Assembly: GCA_902588315.1 (NCBI GenBank)
Contig: CACIOP010000004.1
Location: 11,879-75,878, forward strand
Direction of reading: 5' to 3'
Length of the DNA: 64,000 nt
From: an uncultured Pelagibacteraceae bacterium
Lineage (GTDB): Bacteria > Pseudomonadota > Alphaproteobacteria > Pelagibacterales > Pelagibacteraceae
Shown: piece after piece, positions 1 through 9,636 of the stretch
How the letters are laid out: each line of letters begins with the position of its first letter
Numbering within the stretch: position 1 is the first letter of the stretch
The notes under the pieces: model-generated
What the model was told of the DNA's origin: nothing
Seen by the model: only the letters and a program-made list of their open reading frames with translations
Database searches by the model: none
Program-made: the position numbers and the translations under genes

Positions 1-1222
1 CGGTAAATATATTGTATTAATGCCAAACACTCCTAAAGGTGGAGGTATATCAAGAAAAATATTTAATCCTGCTGATAGAAAAAAAATAAGAACAATTTTA
101 AATGAAATTGAAATACCTAAGGAGATGGGATTAATTGTTAGAACTGCTGGGAGTAATAAAACAAAAAATGAAATAAATAATGATTTAACAACATTGATCA
201 ATACTTGGGATCAAATAAAAGAAAATGCGATTAACTCTATTGCTCCGTCGTTAATACATCAAGAAAGCGAGATAATTAAAAGAACTTTGAGAGATATGTT
301 TGACGACAATACACAAAATATAATCGTAGAAGGTAACGAAGGTTATAAAAAAGCACAATCTTTCATAAAAACCATGTTGCCATCAAGTGTGAAAAAAGTA
401 AAAAAATATAGAGGAAAAATTCCACTATTTATACAAGAAAATATTGAGCAAAAGTTAAATCAAATTTTTGACTCTGAAATTAAACTCAAGTCAGGAGGAT
501 ATTTAGTTATTAACCCCACGGAGGCTTTAGTATCAATTGATATAAATTCTGGAAGCTCAATAAAAGGAAAAAATGTTGAAAGTACCGCTTTAGATACAAA
601 TATCGAAGCTGCAGAGGAAATTGCTAGACAAATAAAAATAAGAGATTTGTCTGGTTTAATCATTATAGATTTTATTGATATGCTAAGCTATGGAAACAGA
701 AGATTGGTAGAAAGAAAACTTAAAGAAAAATGTAGGTCAGATAGAGCAAGAATTCAAATTGGGAGAATAAGTAATTTTGGTCTTTTAGAGATGTCTAGAC
801 AAAGACTCAGAGAAAGTGCTATTAAATGGAAAGTTACATTAACAGACGAGTCTTTCGCACAAAAACTCTTAAAAATTGTTGAGTTAAAAGCAGTAATTAA
901 TAAAGCTAAATTTGTTGAATTAAAAGTTTGTGAAAAAATTTCAGACTTTATTAAAGAAAATTTTGTTAATGACTTAACTTATTTTGAAAAAAAAAACAAA
1001 ATAACTATAGATATTATTAGTGATAATTCACTAATTATACCTGAGTACATAATTGATATTAAAAATAAATCAAAAAAAACGATCGAATTAATTGAATATT
1101 ATGAAAAATTAAAAAATTTAGAAATTCAAATAAAGGATGACAAAGTTACTGAAAAAAAAGGAATTAAAAAAATTAATAAAAAAATATATAAGAAAAAAAA
1201 ATTTTTTAAAAAAACTAAATAA
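1..1222 (+). CDS. rne: Ribonuclease E/G family endoribonuclease, 5' part outside the window
   Basis: Motifs GGYLVINPTEALVSIDINSG, IRDLSGLIIIDFIDM and ISNFGLLEMSRQR. The frame is open to the window edge, so the true start lies upstream. Confidence 0.93.
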   Translation, partial: GKYIVLMPNTPKGGGISRKIFNPADRKKIRTILNEIEIPKEMGLIVRTAGSNKTKNEINNDLTTLINTWDQIKENAINSIAPSLIHQESEIIKRTLRDMFDDNTQNIIVEGNEGYKKAQSFIKTMLPSSVKKVKKYRGKIPLFIQENIEQKLNQIFDSEIKLKSGGYLVINPTEALVSIDINSGSSIKGKNVESTALDTNIEAAEEIARQIKIRDLSGLIIIDFIDMLSYGNRRLVERKLKEKCRSDRARIQIGRISNFGLLEMSRQRLRESAIKWKVTLTDESFAQKLLKIVELKAVINKAKFVELKVCEKISDFIKENFVNDLTYFEKKNKITIDIISDNSLIIPEYIIDIKNKSKKTIELIEYYEKLKNLEIQIKDDKVTEKKGIKKINKKIYKKKKFFKKTK

Positions 1223-1988
1223 TTCCTTTTGATGGAGATGACGGGTTGCCCATCAAAATTCTATCTATTCTTCCAGATTTAAAAGATTGTCTTCCAGCAA
1301 TAACTGCATTTTTAAATGCAAGTGCCATTTCAAAAGGTTTTTTTGCTTTTGCAATAGCAGTGTTAACAAGCACTCCATCACATCCTAATTCCATTGCAAT
1401 TGTAGCGTCTGAAGCTTGACCCAAACCAGCATCAATAATTAAAGGGAGTTTAGTTTGTTTTCTAATTATTTGAATATTGATTTTATTTTGAATTCCCAGA
1501 CCTGACCCAATAGGTGCAGCTAAAGGCATAATTGCATCAGCACCTGAATTCTCTAAACGCTTAGCCATTAAAGGATCATCATTGCAATAAACCATAACTC
1601 TAAACCCTTCTTTGGCGAGAACTTCTGTTGATTTTAAAGTTTCTATCATATCAGGGAATAAATTTTTTTTATCTCCTAAAACTTCTAACTTAACTAGCTT
1701 CCAACCACCTATTTCTCTTGCTAATCGTAGAGTTCTTAAAGCTTCTTTTGAATTAAAACATCCAGCAGTATTAGGCAAATATGTGATTTTTTTGGGATCA
1801 ATATAATCCATCAATAAAGGTTTATTTTTATCAGAAATATTTACTCTTCTAACAGCAACAGTAACGATTTCTGCTCCTGAAAGCTTAATTGCTTTTGCGC
1901 ATTCTGACATACTTTTGTATTTTCCAGTTCCCACAATTAATCTTGAATTAAATTTCTTCTTAGCAATAATTAATTTATCTTTTTTCAA
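1215..1988 (-). CDS. thiG: Thiazole synthase
   Basis: SRLIVGTGKY, LPNTAGC, KLEV, MPLAAPIGSGLG, DAG and NTAIA. A TTG start at 1988, just after the thiS stop, is likelier than the ORF-track start at 2003. Confidence 0.95.
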   Translation of the reverse strand: MKKDKLIIAKKKFNSRLIVGTGKYKSMSECAKAIKLSGAEIVTVAVRRVNISDKNKPLLMDYIDPKKITYLPNTAGCFNSKEALRTLRLAREIGGWKLVKLEVLGDKKNLFPDMIETLKSTEVLAKEGFRVMVYCNDDPLMAKRLENSGADAIMPLAAPIGSGLGIQNKINIQIIRKQTKLPLIIDAGLGQASDATIAMELGCDGVLVNTAIAKAKKPFEMALAFKNAVIAGRQSFKSGRIDRILMGNPSSPSKGII

Positions 1989-1989
1989 G

Positions 1990-2208
1990 TTACCCACCTC
2001 CAATGAAATGAACTATTTCAATTTTATCATTTTTATTTAATTTTATTAGATTAATTTTTTTTTTATCTATTATTTCCTCGTTAAGCTCAATAGCTACTTT
2101 ATTTAACGGTATTTTTAGATTTTTTATTACTATAGAGAGCTTAGAATCTTGAGTTATAGATTTGATTTTACCATTTATTTTAATTTTTATTTTTTTTATT
2201 TTTTTCAT
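1990..2208 (-). CDS. thiS: Sulfur carrier protein ThiS
   Basis: 72 aa, VAIELNEEI, C-terminal EIVHFIGGG; directly upstream of thiG. Confidence 0.93.
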   Translation of the reverse strand: MKKIKKIKIKINGKIKSITQDSKLSIVIKNLKIPLNKVAIELNEEIIDKKKINLIKLNKNDKIEIVHFIGGG

Positions 2209-2224
2209 CGTATATAAGTGCTGA

Positions 2225-2674
2225 ATGAATAATAAAATAATTATTATTAATGGTCCAAATCTTAATCTATTAGGAGAAAGAGAACAATCACAATATGGAT
2301 CAACTACGTTTGATAAACTTAAAGAGAATTGCTCTAAAAAAGCACAAGAAATTGGTCTTCATGTTGATTTTGCCCAATCTAATGTTGAAGGAGAACTTGT
2401 TAATATAATTCAAGATGCCAGGAAAAAGTTTGATGGTATGATTATAAATGCTGCTGCATTTACTCATACTTCTGTGGCCATAAGAGATGCTTTAGATCTA
2501 TTTAAAAAACCAATAATCGAGCTACATTTATCTAATATTTATAAAAGAGAGGAATTTAGACATAAATCACTTATAAGTGGTGTTGTAACTGGTGGAATTT
2601 TTGGATTAGGTGCTGAAGGATATATTTTGGCCATAATTTCATTACAAAAGACTTTTCAAAATGAAAATAGATAA
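2225..2674 (+). CDS. aroQ: Type II 3-dehydroquinate dehydratase
   Basis: NGPNLNLLGERE..YG, INAAAFTHTSVAIRDA, ELHLSN; aroQ-accB-accC order. Confidence 0.96.
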   Translation: MNNKIIIINGPNLNLLGEREQSQYGSTTFDKLKENCSKKAQEIGLHVDFAQSNVEGELVNIIQDARKKFDGMIINAAAFTHTSVAIRDALDLFKKPIIELHLSNIYKREEFRHKSLISGVVTGGIFGLGAEGYILAIISLQKTFQNENR

Positions 2675-3095
2675 AAAGATAATTGAAGAATTAAGTGATT
2701 ATTTAGAAGAATTTAATCTTACTGAAATAGAGATAACTGAAAAGGATACAAAAATTAAAGTTTCAAAAAGTAATGTTTCAATTAGTAATCAACCACAAGT
2801 TATTTCGCACTCATCACCAGAAACAAGTTCTGAACCTACTCAAACTCAAAATATAAAATCAGGAACTGAAATTACTTCACCTATAATTGGAACCGCCTAT
2901 CACGCCCCAGAACCTGGTGCTAAAAAGTTTGTTGAGATTGGAAAAAAAATTAAAAAAGGTGATACAATAATGATTGTTGAGGCAATGAAAACAATGAACC
3001 ATGTTCCCTCAACTGCTGATGGTGTGGTAAAAGAAATTTGTGTTGAAGATGGCCAACCTGTAGAATTTGGTCAAACTATTATTATCCTAGAATAA
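2661..3095 (+). CDS. accB: Biotin carboxyl carrier protein of acetyl-CoA carboxylase
   Basis: EAMKTMN biotinylation motif, PVEFGQ. Confidence 0.96.
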   Translation: MKIDKKIIEELSDYLEEFNLTEIEITEKDTKIKVSKSNVSISNQPQVISHSSPETSSEPTQTQNIKSGTEITSPIIGTAYHAPEPGAKKFVEIGKKIKKGDTIMIVEAMKTMNHVPSTADGVVKEICVEDGQPVEFGQTIIILE

Positions 3096-3098
3096 ATA

Positions 3099-4436
3099 AT
3101 GTTTAAAAAAATTTTAATTGCAAACCGTGGGGAAATTGCAGTTAGAATTATTAGAGCATGTAAAGAATGGGGAATTTCTACTGTTGCTGTTCATTCCGAT
3201 GTAGATAGAGAAAGTATGCATGTAAGAATGGCTGATGAAAGCGTATGTATTGGTTCTCATCAACCAGCAAATAGTTACTTAAATATTCCAGCATTAATGT
3301 CAGCAATAGAACTTACAAATGCTGATGCTGTTCATCCTGGTTATGGTTTTCTTTCTGAAAATGCAAATTTTGCAAGAATTTTAGAAGAGAACAAAATTAA
3401 TTTTATTGGAGCCTCATCAAAACATATTGAAATGATGGGTGATAAAATCCAAGCAAAAAGAATAGCTAAAGAAAATGGATTGCCCGTTATTGAAGGATCT
3501 GAAGGAGGTGTAAAAGATATTTCTGAAGCAAAAGAACTTTGTAAAAAAATTGGTTTTCCAGTTTTAATTAAAGCCTCAGGTGGAGGTGGAGGCAAAGGTA
3601 TGAAAATAGTTTATAAAGAAGAAGAATTTGAATCTTTGTTTTCAACAGCAAAATCTGAAGCACAAAAATATTTTGGTAATGATGAAGTCTATATTGAAAA
3701 ATTTTTTCAAAATCCAAGACATATTGAAGTTCAAATATTAGCTGGAAAAAATAGAGTTGTTCATCTTCATGAAAGAGATTGTTCAGTTCAAAGAAGACAT
3801 CAAAAATTAATAGAGGAAACACCAAGTCCAGTTTTAAATGATGAAATAAGAAAAGATTTATTTGAGAGAACAGTAAAAATGGTAGCTAAAATAGGTTATA
3901 TGGGAGCTGGAACTGTTGAGTTTATATATGAGGATGGGAAATTTTATTTCCTTGAAATGAATACAAGAGTTCAAGTTGAACATCCGGTAACAGAAATGGT
4001 TACAGGAATCGATATAATCAAAGAACAAATTTGGATTGCTTTTTCAGGAGAGACAGCTTTGAAACAAAGTGATATAAATCCTAGAGGACATGCAATTGAA
4101 TGTAGAATAAATGCTGAGGATGCTAGTAAAAATTTTCAGCCTTCACCTGGAATTATTACTATGTGTCATCAACCATCTGGTTTTAGAACAAGAGTAGATG
4201 GTGCAATATTTCAAGGATATAAGGTAACACCTTATTACGACAGTATGGTTTGTAAGTTAATTTGTCATGGAAGAAACAGAACAGAAGCAATTCAAAGAAT
4301 GAATAGATCTTTGGATGAATTTGTAATTGAAGGAATAACTACAACAATTCCTCTGCATAAAAAATTACTTAATCATAAAAAATTCATCAATTCAGATTTC
4401 AATGTTAGTTGGCTAGATAAAGATTCAATTGTTTAA
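3099..4436 (+). CDS. accC: Biotin carboxylase
   Basis: ILIANRGEIA, HPGYGFLSEN, GGGGKGM, ERDCSVQRRHQK, EMNTRVQVEHPVTE. Confidence 0.97.
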   Translation: MFKKILIANRGEIAVRIIRACKEWGISTVAVHSDVDRESMHVRMADESVCIGSHQPANSYLNIPALMSAIELTNADAVHPGYGFLSENANFARILEENKINFIGASSKHIEMMGDKIQAKRIAKENGLPVIEGSEGGVKDISEAKELCKKIGFPVLIKASGGGGGKGMKIVYKEEEFESLFSTAKSEAQKYFGNDEVYIEKFFQNPRHIEVQILAGKNRVVHLHERDCSVQRRHQKLIEETPSPVLNDEIRKDLFERTVKMVAKIGYMGAGTVEFIYEDGKFYFLEMNTRVQVEHPVTEMVTGIDIIKEQIWIAFSGETALKQSDINPRGHAIECRINAEDASKNFQPSPGIITMCHQPSGFRTRVDGAIFQGYKVTPYYDSMVCKLICHGRNRTEAIQRMNRSLDEFVIEGITTTIPLHKKLLNHKKFINSDFNVSWLDKDSIV

Positions 4437-4840
4437 TAGCATCTCACAAGCCAAACATCGTAAACAGGATGATCAAAAGGTGTGATCGATGGACTTGATG
4501 AAAACATCCAGCCATTAAAAACAAAAACTTCATCATTATTTTTATTAGTCAAATCGCGAACTTGTATATAAGCAGTTATTTCTGGATTATCATCAAATTC
4601 TGAATTTTTACATTTCAGGCTTTTAATTGATAAATCTTTGAACTTTATTAATTCTCCATTTTTAATTTTAAGTAAAGTATTTTTAGAGCTTATTTTATCT
4701 AAAATTTTTATATCAGTAAAAGCTCCCTCTAAATTACTTTTTGCATTTGAGTTTAAAACTAAACAAAAATATAATAAAAAAACTAAATTGATTAATTTAA
4801 AATTATTCTTTCCAACTTGAGTATTTCTTTTTAATACCAT
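4433..4840 (-). CDS. DUF2155 family exported protein
   Basis: LDKI, FNGWMFSSSP and FDHPVYDVW motifs; hydrophobic N-terminus; start uncertain. Confidence 0.8.
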   Translation of the reverse strand: MVLKRNTQVGKNNFKLINLVFLLYFCLVLNSNAKSNLEGAFTDIKILDKISSKNTLLKIKNGELIKFKDLSIKSLKCKNSEFDDNPEITAYIQVRDLTNKNNDEVFVFNGWMFSSSPSITPFDHPVYDVWLVRCY

Positions 4841-5162
4841 CTTTATTTTTATTTGGATAATATGCTGAGTCAGTCCCAGTTAAATTTTCTTGATGTGGTT
4901 TTTGCCATTTATATTTTTCTAAGGTATGTTTTTTTTCAATTTTATTTGGTGTGAAATGTATCCAAGAATACCATTCAACAGGAATTTTTGATGCATCAAT
5001 TGTGTTTGAATAGATAACCCATCTTTTTCCGTTTTTACTCTCATAGTATTTATTACCTAGTTCATCAGTGCCAACTAGTTTTCCAAAAAAAATAGTTTTT
5101 AGTCTTGTTCCAAAAGTATCCTGATTCCACCATGTGAAAATTTTTCTTAAGAGTGTCAACAT
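4803..5162 (-). CDS. NADH:ubiquinone oxidoreductase NDUFA12 (17.2 kDa) family protein
   Basis: VGTDELGNKYYE, RWVIY, ASKIPVEWYSW, KPHQENLTGT. Confidence 0.92.
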   Translation of the reverse strand: MLTLLRKIFTWWNQDTFGTRLKTIFFGKLVGTDELGNKYYESKNGKRWVIYSNTIDASKIPVEWYSWIHFTPNKIEKKHTLEKYKWQKPHQENLTGTDSAYYPNKNKDGIKKKYSSWKE

Positions 5163-5276
5163 AATATTTTTTTATTTATTCAATTAAAAATTGTAAAATT
5201 TAAATTAGACTAAAATATGAATATGTATATAAATTAATTGATTCATTATTCAAATTAAAATTTAAATTGAGGTCAA

Positions 5277-6101
5277 ATGGCAAAGTATTTAGTTGAAACT
5301 TATTATACCTGTACCTTTAAAGTAAATCATTATTTAGATGATATTAATGAGGCAGAGTTAAAAAATTTAGAAAAAAGAGATGATGGTAAATTCGAGGTTT
5401 TAGACGTAAAACTTGATAATAGAAAAACAAAAAGTCTAGATCCTAAAAACAATAAAGTCATTGAAAACAACAAAGTGGACGTAGTTACAGAAACGGATAA
5501 AAAAAACCCTATAAATAAAGAGAGTATAATAACAAATATAAATTCAGCTAACGAGAAGTCAGGTAAAAGGTTTAGCATGCCTGACAGAAGAAAAGGATAT
5601 ATTCAAAAAGCTACTATTGGTGACCACAAAGTTTACCTACATACTGGAGAATATGAAGACGGAAAAATTGGAGAAATATTTATTGATACCAGTAAAGAGG
5701 GTGAACTTGTTAAAGCTTTAATGAATAACTTTGCAATTGCTGTTTCTTTAGGCCTTCAATACGGTGTTCCGTTAGATGAGTTTATAAGTGCATTCATTGG
5801 TACAAAATTTGAACCATCAGGGAAAGTCCATGGTAATGATAGAATTTTAAGTGCTACATCAATTTTGGATTATATTTTCAGAGAATTAGCTATTTCATAT
5901 CAAAATAGAGAAGATCTGGCCCACACTCCATCTATTGGAGGAAATGATGCCATCAATGCAGAAGATCAAAGCTCTGAAGATCAAAACCAATTATTAAAAA
6001 TTGTAAAAGATATTACTAGCAAAGGTTTTGTAAGAAATAATTATAAAAAAAATCTAGTTGATCTTTCAGATGTAAAAATAAGTTTAAAAGGTAAAAAATA
6101 A
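5277..6101 (+). CDS. Stand-alone C-terminal (TSCPD-like) domain of class II ribonucleotide reductase NrdJ with an unrecognised N-terminal extension
   Basis: [46 protein letters not shown] and [13 protein letters not shown] match the alphaproteobacterial NrdJ C-terminal region. At 274 aa it cannot hold the catalytic barrel. Confidence 0.8.
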   Translation: MAKYLVETYYTCTFKVNHYLDDINEAELKNLEKRDDGKFEVLDVKLDNRKTKSLDPKNNKVIENNKVDVVTETDKKNPINKESIITNINSANEKSGKRFSMPDRRKGYIQKATIGDHKVYLHTGEYEDGKIGEIFIDTSKEGELVKALMNNFAIAVSLGLQYGVPLDEFISAFIGTKFEPSGKVHGNDRILSATSILDYIFRELAISYQNREDLAHTPSIGGNDAINAEDQSSEDQNQLLKIVKDITSKGFVRNNYKKNLVDLSDVKISLKGKK

Positions 6102-6102
6102 G

Positions 6103-7887
6103 TTATTTTTTAGTTTTTAAAACTAGATTTAATTCTTTCAATTGATCTTGATTTACCTCAGATGGTGCATTCATCATTAAATCTTGTGCGTTTTGGTTCA
6201 TTGGAAACATAGTAACTTCCCTAATATTTTTCTCATTAGCAATTAACATTACGATTCTATCAATACCAGGTGCTATTCCTCCGTGTGGTGGTGCGCCATA
6301 ACTGAGTGCATTAATCATGCCGCTAAATTTTTTATCTACTTGATTTTTATCATATCCTGCAATCGAGAAAAGTTTATACATAAGTTCTGGTTTATGATTT
6401 CTGATTGCTCCTGAAGATAATTCTATACCATTACAAACTATGTCGTATTGATAAGCAAGTATATCTAATGGGTTTTCAAAATCTTTTTCACTTAAATTAC
6501 CTTGAGGCATTGAAAATGGATTGTGACTAAATTTAATCTTGTTTGTTGTTTCATCTTTTTCGAACATTGGATAGTCTACAATCCAGCAAAATGCGAAAAC
6601 ATTTTCATCAATTAAATCTAGATCTTTTGCAATTTTATCTCTTGCTAGTGCAGTAATTTTTTCTAATTCCTCTTGTTTTCCACAAGCCATGAAAATACTA
6701 TCTCCTATTTCACAGTTTGTTTTTTTCATGATTTCAGCCAATGCTACTTGAGAAAAAAATTTTCCTATAGGGCCTTTTGCTGAAATATCTTTATCTTTTT
6801 CAAAAGTAAAATAAGCTAAACCAGAAGCACCTTCTTCTTTTGCCCATTTATCAATATTATCAAAAAAACTTCTTGGCTTATCTTTAGTATTTTTTGTAAT
6901 AATACATCTTACTTTAGATCCAGATTTTACTAATTTTTTAAATATTTCAAATGAAACATCTTCTCTTATAAAAATTTCAGTTATATCATTTACAACGAGA
7001 GGGTTTCTTAAATCTGGTTTATCAGTACCATATTTGAGCATTGCTTCCTTGTATGAAATCTTTGGAAATTTATCAAACAACAGTTTTTTTTTTGAAAAAT
7101 TTTTAAATGTATTAACCATTAACTTTTCAACTACATTAAATACATCTTCCTGCTCAACAAATGACATTTCTAAATCTAATTGATAAAATTCTCCAGGACT
7201 TCTGTCAGCTCTTGCATCTTCATCCCTGAAACAAGGTGCAATTTGGAAGTATCTATCAAAGCCTGAAACCATTATTAATTGTTTAAATTGCTGAGGAGCT
7301 TGAGGTAATGCATAAAATTTTCCTGGATTTAAACGACTCGGTACTAAAAAATCTCTAGCTCCCTCTGGACTAGATGAGGTTAAAATTGGCGTTTGAAATT
7401 CTAAAAAACCTAATTTAATCATTTCATTTCGGATGTATGAAATAACTTTAGATCTTAAAATAATATTTTCATGAATTTTTTTTCTTCTTAAATCTAAGAA
7501 TCTATATTTTAATCTTATTTCTTCTGCGTATTCTTGATCACTAAAGATTGGCATAGGTAGCTCTTTACAGGTACCTAAAACTTCATAATTCTCAATAACA
7601 AGCTCTATTTCACCAGTATCAATTTCAGAATTAATTGTTTCTTTAGATCTGTTAACAACTTTACCCTCAACTTTAATTACTGTTTCTAATTGCATTTTTT
7701 CTAAATCGGAAAAGTATTTATTATCTTTATCAATTATACATTGGGTCATGCCGTAATTATCTCTTAAATCAATAAATAATAAATTCCCATGGTCCCTCTT
7801 TTTATTTATCCAGCCTGCAAGAGAAATTTTTTTATCTACATCTTCTTTTCTTAATTCATTACATTTATGTGTTCTATATTTATTCAA
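6103..7887 (-). CDS. aspS: Aspartate--tRNA ligase (probably non-discriminating Asp/Asn)
   Basis: YRTH, RDHG..FIDLRD, PEGARDF, LPQAPQQFKQ, CFRDED, GAPPHGGIAPGIDR; TTG start. Confidence 0.96.
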   Translation of the reverse strand: MNKYRTHKCNELRKEDVDKKISLAGWINKKRDHGNLLFIDLRDNYGMTQCIIDKDNKYFSDLEKMQLETVIKVEGKVVNRSKETINSEIDTGEIELVIENYEVLGTCKELPMPIFSDQEYAEEIRLKYRFLDLRRKKIHENIILRSKVISYIRNEMIKLGFLEFQTPILTSSSPEGARDFLVPSRLNPGKFYALPQAPQQFKQLIMVSGFDRYFQIAPCFRDEDARADRSPGEFYQLDLEMSFVEQEDVFNVVEKLMVNTFKNFSKKKLLFDKFPKISYKEAMLKYGTDKPDLRNPLVVNDITEIFIREDVSFEIFKKLVKSGSKVRCIITKNTKDKPRSFFDNIDKWAKEEGASGLAYFTFEKDKDISAKGPIGKFFSQVALAEIMKKTNCEIGDSIFMACGKQEELEKITALARDKIAKDLDLIDENVFAFCWIVDYPMFEKDETTNKIKFSHNPFSMPQGNLSEKDFENPLDILAYQYDIVCNGIELSSGAIRNHKPELMYKLFSIAGYDKNQVDKKFSGMINALSYGAPPHGGIAPGIDRIVMLIANEKNIREVTMFPMNQNAQDLMMNAPSEVNQDQLKELNLVLKTKK

Positions 7888-8550
7888 TTAAACCTCTAAT
7901 GCTTCTTTAATAATTTTAAAATCGATTGATTTCTTTCTTTTTAAACTAATTTCGTCGATTTTATATATGAAATCGGAAATTTTACCATAACTTCTATCAA
8001 TTCTCTTAATTATAAATTCAATTAGTTTTTGGTCTATTGAAATTTGACGATCAGAAAGATTTTTTAATATTAGTGCATAAATTAAATCGTCACCAGGTTT
8101 TTCAATTTGAGATAAAATAAAATTAGTAGATCTTGAATTAAGATCATTTAAATTAAATTTTAAGTCAACTATTGGTATTTTTGAGGTTACTATTAAATAC
8201 TTATTATCCTGATCTATTATATTAATAAGTGTAAATAATAAATTTTCATTTATTTTTTCAGTTAAATCCTCAACAATAATGTTTTCATATGTTTTAATTT
8301 GTTGAAGAAAGTCATTATTAATATCTTCTGCATTAATTTTAATTCCTTTATGCTTTTCTAAAAATATATTTATTAAATGACTTTTTCCTGAAAATTTTTC
8401 ACCTATTAAGTTTATAAAATTCTTATCCCATTTTGGCCAACTATTTAAAAGGCTAAAAGAGTGTTCGTTGCTGTTTGAAACATAAAAATCCTGATCTTTG
8501 AAATTTTGATCATAATCAAATTTAAGTATTTGCTGATTAAGATTTGTCAT
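7888..8550 (-). CDS. hda: DnaA-like/Hda family ATPase
   Basis: Walker-A-like GEKFSGKSHL, LNDLNSR, IDRS; divergent from purM as in other Alphaproteobacteria. Confidence 0.8.
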   Translation of the reverse strand: MTNLNQQILKFDYDQNFKDQDFYVSNSNEHSFSLLNSWPKWDKNFINLIGEKFSGKSHLINIFLEKHKGIKINAEDINNDFLQQIKTYENIIVEDLTEKINENLLFTLINIIDQDNKYLIVTSKIPIVDLKFNLNDLNSRSTNFILSQIEKPGDDLIYALILKNLSDRQISIDQKLIEFIIKRIDRSYGKISDFIYKIDEISLKRKKSIDFKIIKEALEV

Positions 8551-9625
8551 TTAAAACCCAAATTTTATTTTTAATTTTGAAATCATAATTTTGATCGCTC
8601 ATAACTTCTAAAAACTTGTCAGGTGTTCCATTAAAAATAACTTTATAAAAATTGTTTTGATTATTGAACTTATAAATTGAAAAATTATATACCAAATCCA
8701 TATCAGATAAAATATTTTCAAATTTATTAACTTTTATATTATTAGAATTATCAATAGAAATATTTAATGGTAACTTTACAGAAGTATTGATTTGATTTTG
8801 TGATTTCCAAAAATCTTCATAGACTAACTTTAAACTATCAATAAATTCAAATAACTCCTCTTCATCATCAAAATTAATTTTGGTGTAATTTAAATTTTTT
8901 AAATTTTTATTTTGATTAAAAAAAATTTTGTTAAATACTCTAATTTTATTATTATCCTTAAACAATATCATAATGATATAGTCATTTATATTGTATTTAT
9001 TTATAATCTCTTTGAAGTCATAATTTTCTAAAATATTAATATTTTGTTTTATCAATCTGAAATCATCTAAATCTTCAGTAGGTAAAATATAATTTAAAAG
9101 ACTGTATTTTTTACTATTTAAATTCCAACTAGAAAATAACTTATTCTCAGAGAACATTAAAACTTGATTTTTATTTTGATCAACAAATATTGGGATGAAT
9201 AAAAAATCCTTTTTAACAGGTAAAGCTGGAAAAATATTTTTCGTTTCTAATAAATCAAATATATTTTTTTTATTAAATGAAACATTTAGAGCAAGATAAT
9301 AAATTTCATCAATAAACTTTTCTTCTTTAATTGAGAAAGTTTCTATCATTCCTTTTATTTGATTAATTGATGTATTTTTTAATTTGACCTGATCTTTACT
9401 TTGGACAATCGACAAAATTAGTTCATTAAATGCCTTTACAAATCCTTCATCGATAATTTCATTTTTATTAAAATTTATTTCAAAAGGTGTTGATATTTCA
9501 ATATCGTTTATAGAAAATGTCTTTGCATGACTTTTTCCTGTGGAAAAGAAAATATTTATTAAAGCAAGAAATAAAAAAAAATTATATAAAAGCCTTAAAT
9601 TACTAAGTAGAGAAATAAATTTCAT
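8537..9625 (-). CDS. Exported protein, probably DUF2066 family
   Basis: Signal-peptide-like N-terminus, FSIKEEKF..Y.LNVSFN; conserved position between purM and hda. Confidence 0.6.
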   Translation of the reverse strand: MKFISLLSNLRLLYNFFLFLALINIFFSTGKSHAKTFSINDIEISTPFEINFNKNEIIDEGFVKAFNELILSIVQSKDQVKLKNTSINQIKGMIETFSIKEEKFIDEIYYLALNVSFNKKNIFDLLETKNIFPALPVKKDFLFIPIFVDQNKNQVLMFSENKLFSSWNLNSKKYSLLNYILPTEDLDDFRLIKQNINILENYDFKEIINKYNINDYIIMILFKDNNKIRVFNKIFFNQNKNLKNLNYTKINFDDEEELFEFIDSLKLVYEDFWKSQNQINTSVKLPLNISIDNSNNIKVNKFENILSDMDLVYNFSIYKFNNQNNFYKVIFNGTPDKFLEVMSDQNYDFKIKNKIWVLNDKS

Positions 9626-9636
9626 AAAACATATTA

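Noticed and set aside
2209-2224. TPP riboswitch before thiS-thiG
   Set aside because: 16-nt gap and no TPP aptamer core seen in the adjacent sequence.
5163-5276. NrdR box or cobalamin riboswitch upstream of the NrdJ-like fragment
   Set aside because: Only low-complexity AT sequence; no acaCwAtATaTwGtg palindrome and too short and AT-rich for a riboswitch.
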